Assembly: GCA_964016885.1 (NCBI GenBank) | Contig: OZ024744.1 | Location: 93,806,001-93,870,000 of the forward strand | DNA length: 64,000 nucleotides | Reading direction: 5' to 3' | Origin: Eledone cirrhosa | Taxonomy: Eukaryota | Shown: positions 1 to 13,690 of the stretch, piece by piece | How positions within the stretch are numbered: position 1 is the stretch's first letter | How the letters are laid out: each line of letters begins with the position of its first letter | The notes under the pieces: model-generated | Seen by the model: the letters and a program-made list of their open reading frames with translations, nothing else | Told to the model about the DNA's origin: nothing | Databases searched by the model: none | Program-made: the position numbers and the translations under genes

Positions 1-3000
1 TCCCATCTTTTCCACTCCTTTTCAACATGACCTCACTCAGAATAGGCAGCATAAATGCGCGTGGCTTGGGGTCGTCATGGAAGCAGGGCCACCTGCTCAA
101 CGACCTCAGGTCACTAAACATAGATGTAGTGGCCATCAGCGAGACCAGAATCTCCGAAGCACAGGCTTTCGCACCGATCTTCGGCAGCTACGATGTGTAC
201 GCATCTCCCAGCCGTCCGGGATCGGGGGGAGGAGTTACTGTGCTTTTTCGGAGAGGTTTGGATCTTGCCATACGGGCCATCTTCCTGGACCCAGAAGGTA
301 AGTTGGTGGTGGTGGACGTGACCAGCGGAGACGGACAAGCTTTCAGGTTAGTGGCCGTCTATGCCCCGACAGGAGCAGGGCGGCCTGATTTCTTCCGGCG
401 TCTGGAGACCTTTCTTGGAACGTCCCGCTCTTTAGTGTTAGTGGGCGACTGGAACGGGATCTTAGATGCACGCTGGGATTGTGTGGGATTAGTGGATAGG
501 GAAGGAGGGTGCAAGAGTCTCACCAACCTGCTCAGACGTTTTGAACTGTCTGATAGGTACCGAATGGATTTCCCGAATGTACCAATGTGGACTTGGACAA
601 ATCGCATAGGGTCATCCAGATCATATCTAGATCGAGTATTTTGTAGGGAAATAGATAGGTCTAGCATAGGCTGTCCACAATTCAAGATAGTCAGCTACAC
701 GGACCACAAATTCGTGATCTGTGTGCTTGACTTAGATAGGCTTCATAGACGAGGACCCGGCTACTGGAAGCTAAACGCGTCCTTACCAGCGCGCAAGGCC
801 TACAGAGACCTGATTAGCGAACTAGTTAAGCGGGCGTTGACGGGGGCCATCGTCAACAACAAGTGGTGGTTTGCTCTGAAAAGAGCGATTAGAATAGAAT
901 CCATTAGGTTTAGTAAGGCTTTAGCAATAGAGAAAAATAGAGCAGAGGGAGAATTAGTTAGAAAATTAGATGAGGCGCTTAGCAAAGGCATCGCGACCGA
1001 CGCACTTGCGGCGAAATTGGCCCTTGACCAATTCTTCAATGCAAAGCACGAAGGCTGCGTTGTCAGAGCTAGGGTGCGTGCTCTCAGACACGAGGGGACG
1101 AAAGCCGTTCAATGGGCCCGAGTGGCGGAGGCGCGTCGTGGCAACAAAGCCACGATCCGGTCTTTGGTGGACCACGACGAGCGTATGCTACTCGATCCCG
1201 GGCAAATGTGTGAAGCTTTTCAGCGACACTTCGCTCAACTGTTCGGGGGCAGTGGCGGGCCGGATCGAGGGATGGACTTTAGTGTCTACCTCGACGGACT
1301 GCCGCGGCTCTCGGCCACTGAGGCGGAGTGTTGCGAAAAGCCGATAACAACCGCTGAAGTACGGGAGGCAATGACTAGTTGCACAAGGGGTTAAATCGCC
1401 TGGTTTAGATGGTCTGCCCTATGAACTTTACGTACAGATGCCAGACTTGTTCGGAGGCCTCTTGGCGGACGTCTACTGCAACTGGCAACAGAACGGGAGA
1501 ATTCCCAGCTCTGTGAGCCGAGGAGCGGTGGCGCTGCTGAGAAAGGATCCGAACACGGGGGATAACATAGATAATTTTAGGCCCATAACTCTGCTAAACA
1601 CAGAGTTCAAGATTTTGGCCAAGGTGCTAGCAAAGAGGTTGGCGCTTGTCGTTGGTGGTCTGGTGGGAGAGGCACAGACATGCGCCATTCCCGACAGATC
1701 CATCCACGACAACCTCCACCTCATGCGATACATCGTAGAGAGGGTAGCTAGGGAACCTGGCACGGGTGGGTCTTTGATCAATTTAGATCAGTCGAAAGCC
1801 TTCGATAGGGTCGACCATCGTTACCTAGCGGCAGTCCTGAGGGCGGCTGGCTTTGGGCCCGTCTTCAGAGGCTGGATCGCTGCCATGCACAGCGACATCT
1901 GCTCTGTAGTGAGAGTGAACGGTCACCTTTCGGAACCGTTCAACCTCATGCGCTCGGTCCGCCAAGGATGTCCCCTCTCGTCCCTATTGTACGTATTGAC
2001 TCTCGAGCCATTACTGCACAAACTGGAGACGTTGAGGGGGGTCCCGCGCGAACTAGGATGCGGAAGATCCGTGTCAGCATATGCCGACGATGTCACCGTA
2101 GTGGTGTCGAACGCCAAACACATCGAGGCGATCGGCACTACACTAAGAGAATACGAAGCGGTGACAGGAGCAATGATCAACCAGGAAAAGTCAGTGGGCC
2201 TGCAGCTCGGCACCTGGAGAGGCAGGTCCATGCCGTCCAACAGCGTCGTCGGGCGCTGGACGGACGGACCGGTTAAATTGCTAGGGGTCTGTTTCGGTCC
2301 AGACCTCCAGACGGACAAAAACTGGGACGAGGTGACGAGCAGGGTGGCTTCTCTCACCCAGAAATGGGCCGAGAGGAAGCTATCCCTGAAAGGTCGAGCG
2401 GAGGTGGCTAACGCGTACATCGCGTCCGTCATCTACTACCGCCTGACCGTCGTACCTTGTCCTAAACCCCGCCTGACTGCGCTGGAGCGTTTGCTCTTTC
2501 GCTTCTTGTGGAAGGGACGCGCTCCGATGGTCAGGCGGTCCATCTGCTGTCAACACCCGCTACGTGGAGGGCTGGGCATGCCGTGGCTGATGATGCGCAG
2601 ACACGCGCTCAGGCTACGACATCTCCACCTCTTCCTCGACGGTGATCAGGTGTGGTCGCCGTTTGCTAGACACGTTTTTCCCTAGCTCGTCTCCTTGACG
2701 GAGCTGCAGTCCTGGGTCAAGCGAAGACCGAGAGGGAGCGCTTGGAGACTGGAATGTCTTCAGGCGCTCACAGCCCTCGACCAATCGGGCAATGTGATCG
2801 GTGGAAACTCCACCTTGGCGTTCTATAGGGGATTAGTGGAGGGGAAGAGCGACGACGTACTTGGAGAAACTCTAGGCGTCGACGAAAATCAACTAGCCAA
2901 TCTCTTCGGAAGGACTTTCGGGCCGGGGCCTATGGACAACTTCCAGAAATCCCTGGCCTGGCAGTGCTACCGGGGTGCTTTGCCAGTTCGGGATAAACTT

Positions 3001-3691
3001 TACAGGCATGGAGGTGCCGTCAGCCGGGCATGTCCGAGATGCGCACAGGGCGACGAAACCGTCCTGCACGCAGTCGTCCAGTGTCCGAGCATTGCTGACT
3101 TGTGGGTTTATGTCGAACACCTGCTGTCACGTGTAGGACGGATCCAGCTATCAGCTGAGTCCATCGTGAGGATTGCCCCGCCCTCTTCCTTTAGCCGGGA
3201 AGGGCAGGCAGTTTTTATCTGTCTGGTGGCCATGGCGAAAGAGATAGTATGGTGGACACGTTTGAAAGGGCTGAAGACGAGCACTTACCTCTTCGGTGAT
3301 GCCCTGATTAACTTTTTCAAATTTCATCTGAAAAGGAAAATCAGGGTAGAGAGGGAAGTGCTCTCTTCCCAGCATTTTGTTGAAAGATGGGTGAGAGAAG
3401 CAAGTATGGCCCGAATGAATGGGCCTTCTGTGAGTATGTGTCTGTAAATTAAAGGTGGAAAACTGGGAGAGGGCACTTGCCCTGGTGGTCAGGGCCACTG
3501 TGGTCTTTTAATGGGCTTTCTCCACAAATGTCCCTCGGAAGTCTCCCCCCTATTGGGGAATTTTTCTTTGTTATTTTATTTCAACCTCCGTTTTTTTTAC
3601 ACGCAGAAATGCCCATTTGTACCGTCCTGTATTGCCCTGTACTGTCCTTAATGTCTACTTTATGTAAACCCTTGTGGTTAATAAAGAAAAC
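1..3691 (+). mobile_element. Tx1/L1-clade non-LTR retrotransposon, copy 1 (ORF2 + 3' UTR; 5' part outside window)
   Basis: APE endonuclease (SINARGL, AISET, GDWN, YLDR, TDH), RT (RPITLLN, DQSKAFD, RQGCPLS, YADD) and C-terminal CPRC..H..C. Ends CCCTTGTGGTTAATAAAGAAAA followed by (ATT)n. Confidence 0.95.
27..3447 (+). pseudogene. Tx1 ORF2 (APE-RT-Cys), nearly intact
   Basis: ORFs 27-1394, 1438-2685 and 2695-3447 join with one frameshift at ~1390 (RG/KSPGLDG) and one in-frame TAG at 2683-2685 where copy 2 has Gln (FPQLVSL). Confidence 0.92.
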
Positions 3692-3948
3692 ATTATTATT
3701 ATTATTGTTGTTATTCCTTGAATCTCAGACATTGATGTTGGTTAACTGGAAAGTCCGTTGGATTGAATATCAAGCCACTACCTGCAGCCTCAGATATTCA
3801 GGACGTATCGGAGGGTTCTTGCTGTTCCAAGCAAGCATGCCTTTTGAAGCGTTCCAAAAAGCGTGAAGGGGCCGATTTTCTTTAACCATCCCTGGAAACT
3901 TTTGGAGATAGTCCCCAGTGCGCCTATGACAATCGGGATCACTTTGAC
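3692..3948 (-). mobile_element. R4/Dong LINE 3' fragment
   Basis: Encodes KVIPIVIGALG...LQKACLLGTARTLRYVLNI. Near-identical to 14720-14975. Flanked by (TTA)n on both sides. Confidence 0.9.
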
Positions 3949-3990
<42 letters not shown>

Positions 3991-4185
3991 CATCATCATC
4001 ATCACCACCACCACCACCGCCGCCACCACCACCACAACCACAACAACTCAGAGCAACAACGACAATAACACCAACAGCTTCAATGTAAACACGGATGGCG
4101 GTAGTAACAGCAACAACAAACAAAACAACAACAACAACACCAATAACAAGAGCAAGAACAACAACACCAACAACAAGAGCAACAG
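3949..4185. repeat. Compound trinucleotide microsatellite (ATT)>(ATC)>(ACC)>(AAC)
   Basis: Read directly from the sequence. Confidence 0.9.
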
Positions 4186-7100
4186 AGGCACCACATTTGC
4201 TGCATCAGCAGCAAAAACAAAGCGCTTATTGAATAATGATATTAGCGATAAAGACGAACAGTTGGCCCAGGCGTGGAGGCTAATTAAACGGGAGAAGTCC
4301 TGGGTAAACCTGACCATCCCAGACGAGGCAATAGCGGCCATGCAAAGGAGGACGATGTACTTTCGATGCATTTCGGTGCAGACACAAAAAGTGGAACTTG
4401 CCAGCCAAGCAGAGTTCGAGGCTGCTTTGGAGTGCATCGGAAGTGACATAGAGTATAAAGCAAGAGCCAAACAGTTCGGTACCATCTCGGTACTGTTCAA
4501 AACTAAGGCCCTTGCTATTAACCACTCGGTGAACCCCTGCAGAACGGAACGCATTATCATGCACCCATCCTACATGGGTAAAAGGACAGTAAAGGTCCGC
4601 ATTCCCAGCATCCCACCAGGAATGAACATATGGTGGTTGCTGGGATGCGTAATCGAGGAGGGGACAGACACTACCCTCCTGGATCTCAAAAGGACAGAAA
4701 GAGAGAGAAGACTGGTCCGGAATGGATTTGGAGATTCTTCTCCAAATGAAACCAGAGGACATGAACAACATCCCGGATTTTGCCCGCCTGCAGGACGGGA
4801 CAACAATCCAACTAATCACTGAGGAAAGAAGGCCACACTGCTTTGTCTGCGGGAAAGCAACGCATCTGCAAGTCTTCTGCCCTCAGCGCAAAAATGCAGG
4901 GCGTCGCAAACCTCCTCTGTTGCCAACGCCAGTGTCAGCACAGAAAGCTGCACCACCACCACCAAAAACAACACCAACAAAGACATGGACACCAGCATCA
5001 AAACAGCCAGACCACCACCAACACTGAAACCAATCCAAGGGGAAACGAGGAAAGCTCCCCCCCCCCCCAATTATACACATAGACAAAACAATAAACGCAC
5101 ACACAGACACAGAGACACTCACAGCCACAGACCCTTTGTCTTCCAGCAGCGAAGATGAAGGAAAACCCAAAAGTGCAAAAAAAAAAACACAGGAAACTCA
5201 CCAAAAAAAGCCCCAACAAAACACAAAAACATACACAACAAAAAATACAGACACCACTAACACAAACACTTCCCCAATAACATCAGCACCAACAGCAACA
5301 TCGACACCACCCCCACAATCCCTGAAACGAAAACAACCTAAACAAACACAAGTACAAATAAACACACAAATACCTGAAATTGAAGACACCACACCTACAA
5401 CAAACACAGACATACCCGAAACAACACCACCAAAACCATCACCACCACAGTCACCAAAACGAAAACAAATAAAACCACACCAACAAAATGTTAAAAACTT
5501 CGTGCTTGTCAGAAGGGCCAACAATAAACTGATGGCCCTCTTAGCACGAAGCGAGGACATTCAAATAGAGGGGGAGATTTTTAAAATGAGCACATTTTGC
5601 GTGCCAGAAGATTTGCTTCTGGTCCGAATGTCACTCAATTCCTTCAAAGAAATTCGAGAGAGCTTTCCTCAAGACGTGGGAACCCCGAATGTGAAACCCA
5701 CATCGAGACTTTTAAAGGGGTTCCCAAAAGAAACTCCACCAACCATGGAGGTCGAACCACCCGACCTTCACAAGACCCCCGGGAGGTAAGTAAATCTTTC
5801 CCTCTCTATTTTAGCTTGCCAATATGGCCATATTAAGAGTAGGAAGTTTAAATGTTCGCGGCCTGGGGTCACCCTGGAAGCAGGGTCGCTGGAAATGGAT
5901 GTGATTGCCGTCAGCGAGACCAGAATTTCCGACACGCGCACACTAGCTCCCATTTTCGACGACTATCAGATCTTCGCATCTGTTAGCAGGCTGGGAATGG
6001 GAGGTGGGGTGGAAGTGCTGTTTAGGAAAGGACTGGATCTCGAGGTAAGGTCGATCTTCCAGGACCCGGACGGTAAGTTGGTGGTCCTGGATGTGAGCAG
6101 TAGCGAAGGTGGTGCCTTTACTCTGCTGGCCATATATGCCCCTACAGGGCCCGCACGACTGGACTTCTTTAGGCGCCTGGAGACCTTTCTGGGTACGTCT
6201 CGCCCTTTAGTGTTAGCGGGGGACTGGAATGGCATCTTAGACGCACGCTGGGATTGTGTGGGAGTAACCGATAGGAGCGGGGGGTGCAAAAGCCTCAAGT
6301 ACCTACTCAGCCAGTTCCAACTGTCTGACAGGTATCGACTAGATTTCCCCCAATGAGCCAGTATGGACATGGACCAACCGAATGGGGTCATCTAGATCGT
6401 ATATAGACAGGATCTTCATTAGGAAAATAGATAGAAATAGTGTAGGCTGCCCACTTTTTAAAACGGTCGCCTATTCAGATCACAAATTTGTGATCTGTAT
6501 GGTTGACCTAGATAAAACGCGTAGGTTAGGACCGGGTTACTGGAAGCTGAACATGTCATTTCCGGCACGTAAGGCTTACAGGGACCAAGTCAACAAGTTA
6601 GTTAAGCAAAAGTTGACAGGGGGATCATCAACAACAGATGGTGGGGGGCTCTCAAAAGAGAGATTAGAGTAATTTCAATAGAGTTCAGCAAAGAACTAGC
6701 GTTAGAGAAAAATAGAAAGGAAAGGGAGCTGGTAGATAAGTTAGATGAGGCTATTTGTAGTGGCATTGCAACTGACGTGCTAGCGGCGACAATGGCATTA
6801 GACCATTTCTTCAATGCGAAACACGAAGGTTGCATTGTCAGAGCTAAGGTGCATGCGCTGAGAAACGAGGGAACCAAAGCTGTTCGATGGGCCCACGTGG
6901 CGGAGGCGCAGTGTGGTAATAAAACCACAATTCGGTCTTTGGCGGACCGAGACGGACACGAGATAAGCGATTCCAAGCAGATGTGTGAGACCTTTCACCA
7001 GCACTTTGCTTGGTTGTTCAGGGAGAGTGGTGAGTCAGAGAGAGTAGCAGATTTCAATCCCTACCTTGACGGCTTGCCGTGCATCTCGACGGTTGACGCT

Positions 7101-9249
7101 GAGCGCTGCGAAAGGCCGATTACTTCAGCCAAAATTCACGACGCCGTTGTCGGCTTCATGAGGCGCAAGTCACCCGGTTTGGATGGCCTGCCCTACGAGC
7201 TTTACGTAAATATGCCAGACTTGTTCTCCGATCTCTTCGAAGCACTCTACTGCAACTGGCAGCAGAATGGGAGTATTCCCAGTCTGTGAGCAGGGAGTGG
7301 TGACGCTGATAAGGAAAGACGAGAACAAGAGAGGTACATTAGACAACTTCAGGCCCATAACTCTGCTCAACACAGAGTTTAAGATTTTGGCCAACGTGTT
7401 AGCAAAGAGATTGGAGCTTGTCGTCGAGGATTTGGTTGGGGAGGCGCATAACTTGCACAGTCCCAGCCAGGTCCATACACGACAATCTCCACCTCATGCG
7501 ATACATCATAGAGAGGGTGGGGTGTAAACCTGGCTTCGGTAGGGCACTGATCAATTTAGATCAATCGAAAGCATTCGATAGGGTCGACCTTCAGTATGTG
7601 GAGTTTGTCCTCAAAGCAGCTGGCTTTGGCTCTGTCCTCAGAAGCTGGATCAAGGTGGTCGGCACCTTATTGAAGGAATATGAAAGGTTGACAGAAGCCA
7701 AACTTAACCCGGAAAAGTCAGTGGGCTTGCAGCTCGGAACCTTGAGAGGCAAGCCCATGCCGTCGAACAACGTTGTGGGGTGCTGGATGGACGGACCGGT
7801 AAAGTTGCTCGGGGTTTGGTTCGGACCAGACCTCCAGGTGGAAAACAATTGGGATGAGGTAACAAGCAGAGTAGCCAGTCTCACCCAAAAATGGGCTGGG
7901 AGGAAGCTATCACTGAAAGGTCGCACGGAGGTGGCGAATGCGTACATCGCGTCTGCCATCTACTACCGCCTGACTGTCGTGCCTTGTCCCCGTCCGCGCC
8001 TCGTCAAGTTGGAACAGCTCCTCTTCAAATTCTTGTGGAGGGGACAAGTTCCGTTGGTGAGGCGGTCCATCTGCTGCCAGCACCTTCTACGCGGAGGGCT
8101 GGGTGTGCCGTGGCTAATGATGTGCAGACACGTGTTGAGGCTGCGACATCTCCAGATATTCTGCCTAAACGGTGAACAGGTGTGGTCGCCGTTTATCAGA
8201 TGGGCCTTTCCGCAGCTCGTTTCTTTGACTGAGCTGCAGTCCTTGGTCAAGAAGAGACCGAGACTGGGTGACTGGCACCTGGAATATTGCCAGGCACTCA
8301 CTGCCCTCTACCAAGCGGGCAATGCGATCAGTGGAACTTCCACTCTCGAGTTCTATAGAGGATTAGTGGTGGGCAAGTGTGATGACGCACTCGGAGAAGC
8401 TTTGGGCCTCGACGAAGTCGAACTGACCAGTCTGTACCGGGGGACTTTCGAGCCGGAGACGATGGACAATTTCCAGAAATCCCTCGCTTGGCAGTGCTAC
8501 CGGTGGGCACTGCCAGTTCGGGATAAACTCTTCAGGCACGGAAGTGCTGTCAGATGGACCTGTCAAAGATGCGCACAGAACGACGAAACTATTCTGCACG
8601 CACTTGTCCAATGTCCGTGCATTACTGACTTGTGGAGTTATGTCGAACAGCTACTGTCGCGTGTGGAACGAATCCGGCTATCGGCCGAGTCCATAGTGAA
8701 GATCGACCCGCCACCTTCCTTAGGCCAGGAAGAGCAGGACATTTTCCTCTGTCTGGTGGCAGTTGCGAAAGAGGTTATATGGTGGACCAGATTAAAAGGA
8801 CTGAAGACAGACACTTTTCTCTTCAGCCAATCCCTCATCAACTTCTTCAAGTTTCACCTGGAAAGGAGGGTGAGGGTGGAGAGAGAAGTGCTGCCCCCCA
8901 GTACATTTGCTAAAAGGTGGATGAATGTGGCAAGAATGGCCCATATGAATGACCATGCGCCTATAGGCTAGCTAACTTGAGGAGAGGGGTGCCTTCCCTG
9001 GGTGCCCTAGAAGCGCAGGGTGGTTCAGGATTGATGGGGTACCCGAGTCACCCCAGGGTCGTCCACCTCCTATCTAGGAATTTATTTTGTTTTATTTATA
9101 CATAGTTTATTTTATATTTTTTTTATATCTTCATTGTTAAATTAATCTTGCCATTGTGCACTTTTACTCGACCTTATTGTAAACCCCCACTGTCCCTGTC
9201 TTTGCATTGTCCCCTACATGTCGGCCCTTGTGGCTAATAAATGAAATCA
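4050..9249 (+). mobile_element. Tx1/L1-clade LINE, copy 2 (ORF1+ORF2, decayed)
   Basis: ORF1 with CCHC knuckle. ORF2 starts MAILRVGSLNVRGLG at 5824, has several frameshifts and an RT-core deletion at ~7650. Ends GGCCCTTGTGGCTAATAAATGAAATC-(ATT)n. 5' boundary uncertain. Confidence 0.92.
4186..5789 (+). pseudogene. Tx1 ORF1 (gag-like, zinc knuckle, P/T-rich)
   Basis: CFVCGKATHLQVFC fits CX2CX4HX4C. The C-terminal FPQDVGTPNVKP matches FPKDVGNPCVKP of copy 3. Frameshifted. Confidence 0.8.
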
Positions 9250-9663
9250 TTATTATTATTCTTTGAGTGTTATTTATTGATGTTATTCATTGATGTTAGT
9301 TAACTGGAAAGTTTGTTGAAATGAATATCAAGCCACTACCTGCAGCCTCAGATATTCAGGACGTATCGGAGGGTTCTTGCTGTTCCCAGCAAGCATGCCT
9401 TTTGAAGCATTCCAAAAAGCGAGGCAGGGCCAATTTTCTTTAACCATCCCTGGAAACTTTTTGAGATAGTACCTAGTGCGCCTATGACAATCGGGACCAC
9501 TTTGACTTCACGGCAGTTCCAAATCCTTTTTACTTCCCACTTTAAGTCCTGGTATCGGTTAATTTCTCCCTCTCCTTTTCTTGCACTCTCGTGTCAAATG
9601 GGGAGGCCATATCCACAATCAGGCACAATCTTTTTTCCTGGTCCAAAACTACCAGGTCAGGTC

Positions 9664-9664
<1 letters not shown>
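9250..9664 (-). mobile_element. R4/Dong LINE 3' fragment
   Basis: RLE motif RPDLVVLD..CLIVD. Homologous to 14720-15133. Bounded by (TTA)n. Confidence 0.9.
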
Positions 9665-9732
<68 letters not shown>

Positions 9733-9735
<3 letters not shown>

Positions 9736-12700
9736 AGTTGCATTTATCTTGCTTTATGTTCATACGAGTTATCACCAAGTCACAACCAGTGACCTCAAGA
9801 GACAACAAGGTCCGCCATGTTCAAGAAAGAACATACATATTCACACATGCATCTTTAGTGTTTAGACTTGTGATGTACTTATATTGACAGAATCTTCCTT
9901 AGTATATGGGCAGTTCCCATTAGCACTATCTTTTGTATTTCTCCTATACGCGGGTTTCCTGGGATTTGCGATAAGTAATCATTAGACCCCTTAGGTATCA
10001 TTCCCAGAGCGCCTACAACCACTGGTATTGTTTTAGTTCTCAATTTCCACATGTTTCCAATTTCTATCTCCAGGTCCTTATACTTGCTCAATTTTTCAAA
10101 TGTTTTTATAGATACATACTTGTCTATTGGAACAGACATATCAATTAGCAGGCATACCCTCTTTTTAAAGTCCTTCAATATTATATCAGGTTTATTTGCA
10201 TCTATTTTTCGGTCTGTTTGGATGCTAAAGTTCCACAAGATTGAGATGTGATCTTTTTCAAGTATGGGAGGTGGTTGATGCTCCCACCAATTCTTTTGAT
10301 GGGTCAGGTCAAAATGCTTACACATTATCCAATGTATGTATTGTGCAGCGCTGTCATGCCTGTTTAGGTATTAGGTTGGAGCTATAGGACTGCACATTGA
10401 AAGTATATGGTCAATGGTCTCTGGTTGTTTTTTTACATACACGGCATAATGGGTTGCATCCATTTTTTATTATGTTGGCTTGGTAATTTTTTGTTGGCAG
10501 ACACTGATCTTTTGCTGATATAATCAGTCCTTCAGTCTCCGATTTCAGTCCAGAGGATGCTAACGACTGATGGGTTAAAGTTTTGTCAACATCAAGATTG
10601 TTAGCTCTTTCTGGGTATTTTCCATACAGAGGCTTTTCTTGCCATTTCTTAGCCAGTTTCTGTAGCAGTTCTTTCTTTGCAGTTACTTTTACCTGCTTTG
10701 CTTTTTCTGTGTTTTCCATTTCAGCAGTAAATGGAACTTCTGAAATTTGTAGTCTATTACTGTATCTTTGTGCATCTTTTGTAATGGAGTATGATCTTTT
10801 GAAGGTTTCGTGTTTCAAAACGAGTTTGATCATCGTATCATGTGATTCCCTTCGATATGTAGATAATTCAATTGTTGCAGTTTTCAACGCAATATCAAAC
10901 TGGATTAACCCACGTCCTTCTTCTTTCCTAGGGAGATATATTCTATCTATATCTGCCTTAGGGTGATGCATTCTGTGCATGGTTAAGAATTTTCGAATTT
11001 TTGTATCGAGCCTACGGATCTCTGTGCTTGACCAGTTGATGACATTGTAACTGTAGGTTACTACTGGTATGGCAAGCGTGTTTATGGCATCGATCCTATT
11101 CCTTGCATTCAATTCCGTTCTTAAGATTGCTCTTACTCTGCGGTAACATTCCTTCCTTATCCTTTCCCTCATTGTCGAGTGCTTGATTCACAAACACCTA
11201 GATATTTGTAAGTTTTTTCTTGATCAAGTTCTCTTATCACGTTCCCCCGATCAAGATTAATGTCTGAACTCTTCAGCAGCTTTCCTCTGGTGAACGTTGC
11301 TTTGGCGCATTTATCTAGTCCAAACTCCATTTTAATGTCATCACTGAACTGCTCCACAGTGGATAATAGACCTTGCAATTGTTCATCATTTTTTGCAAAT
11401 AGTTTCAGGTCATCCATGTAGAACAAGTGATTAATGGTTTTGTCATAGACTTTATATCCATGTTTTGTTTCATTGAGCATTTTACTTAATGGTATAAGTG
11501 CGATGCAAAATAAAAGCGGTGATAAAGAGTCACCCTGAAAAATTCAACAATTAATATTAACTTCTCCAGCTTCCAGTGATTTTGTTTCACTATTCAAAAG
11601 GAGTGTCGTTTTCCATGTCTTCATACTGAATGACAAAAACCTCCTGACAACGGGGGATATTTTAAAAATCTCTAAACATTTTTCAATCCAACTGTGTGGC
11701 AAATTATCGAATGCTTTTTTATAATCTATCCAAGCAATCGATAGATTTTTGTGTCTATTATGACAATCTTCCAGTATCATTTTGTTAACCAAAAGCTGAT
11801 CCTTACAGCCATATGAGCCTCGTTTACACCCTTTCTGCTCAATGGGAAATAGGTCATTTGTTATCAGGTGGTCATATGTGTATTCAGTTAGGACTGATGT
11901 TAAAATTTTATACATTGTGGTCAAGCAAGTTATCGGTCTGTAATTTTTGGGATTGTTTGTCTCATCATTCTTCGGAAGCAGGAATGTAATGCCGTTAACT
12001 TGCCATGATGGTATCTTTTCTGGCTCCTTAACTATTTCATTGTAAAGTTGGCCTAACAGCTCATGAGACTCTGTGAAGGCATTTATCCAAAAATTTGGTA
12101 TTTTGTCTTTTCCTGGGGATTTCCATTTGCTGGTTTTTCTTAGAGCCAAGCGCAACTGTTCAACTGTTATATTTTCCCATATTTGTTCCTCAAGGTGAGC
12201 TGTATCTTTCATTTGTCTGTCTATCCATGGGGCATGTATGTTATGAACTTTTTCTTCGGCCCAGATCTTTTCCCAGAATTCTTGCACTTCCTCCTTGGGT
12301 GGTATTGATTTAGCAGTTATTGTTGACTTGGCCAATTTTTCTGTAGAAGTTTCTTTGGTTGTTTTTGAACATATTATTGTCCTTATAGAATCTAGATCGT
12401 TTTTCAAAGCGCCTTATACGAGCAGCTTTGGCCGACACTTTTTGCTTGATTATTTCTATCAGCATGTCTATGTCACTTGTTGATTTTATACTGTACTTTC
12501 TTTTCAATTTTCTAAGTTTAGTTTGTTTAACATGTTCACCTCCTTTATAGTTTGTTAAAATTTCTATGTCAGATCGGAGAAGGTTTATTTGGCAATTGAT
12601 GTTCTCTTGCCAAGTAGATTTCTTGTGGGAATTCCTTTGTTTTTTCATCTTCACTCCACATAAGTGAGTGGTGACTTTAGCCGATGCATAATAGAGATGA

Positions 12701-13690
12701 TTTAAATCAGTAATGTTTAGTTTGTTTGTGATGATAATGTTTTTGAGAATTATGTTAGTCTTGTGTATTATCTTTTGGTTCTGTTTAGAGTTCTGGATCT
12801 TAGGGAGGGTGTCTCGTTGCCCCATGTCAGATTCTTTCATTTTCATCCATTCGATCATAATTTCATCCTTCAAGTTGGCAAGTTCATTCTCATTCATTTC
12901 TTTATCATTTACGATCTCATTATTTTCATTTTGAGTTTCATCTTGAGCATGCACTCCCTCCACTTTTTCGATCCTTTCTTTAATTTGTTCTGTTGCCAGT
13001 GATTCCGCCCCAACCCTGGGATTCGAAGTGTTACAATTTACCTCGTTTTCACTGACACATGTTTCATTTTCCCTTCACTGACTTTGTGCTAATAGCTTGA
13101 TCTGATCAATTTCTATATCAGTTAGTAACTTTTTTCTTACAATATTTCTTCGTATATTGGCTAGTTTGTTACTGTCAATATAGCCTCTGTTTTCGGGATG
13201 TTTCTTTTTCCAGTTGATATATGTCTGTTCTGTATTCGATGTATTTGATGGGTAGTACATGGCAGTGTAGAAAGCCTCAAGGACTTCTTTATTATCTTCC
13301 CTTGACCATTTTTCTCTCTTTTTCTTTTGATTTCTTGGTGGTGAGCATGGAGGGCCAACAGTAGGTGTATTCCGGTTATGGGAGGTATCCAGCTCCGAAG
13401 TGATGGGAAGGTTTGAACCATTAGCTGATTTTTCGACCCCAGTCTGGTTCCTCTCTGAGGGACGCGGCCCTTTTTTACCCGGGTGACGGCCGATCCGGTA
13501 TGAGATTTTATCATTAGACATTTACTTTATTTTGTCGCGTTTTATCCTTATCCGCCAAGGGGTAATCATTTCGTGTTACCACTTCTAGAACGAGTGTCAA
13601 CCAAGACTAGAAGGGTCGTTCTCCCCTAGAGACACGGCTATTCTCCGCCGGCCGCCATCCCAGTATTTCTTGGTCACGGGGTTTTCTTTT
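9733..13690 (-). mobile_element. Near full-length R4/Dong LINE (second family), frameshifted
   Basis: N-terminal KWSREDNKEVLEAFY; RT with YRPITCL, QKGC, WIDYKKAFD, YMDDLKL; CRVC Zn knuckle; RLE KPDII..D...EK..KY.DL. The 3' end abuts (TTA)n at 9664-9733. Confidence 0.93.

Noticed and set aside
5786-5814. Intron creating an ORF1-ORF2 fusion
   Set aside because: Splicing leaves the ORF2 ATG out of frame in both copies, and the intron would be under 35 nt.
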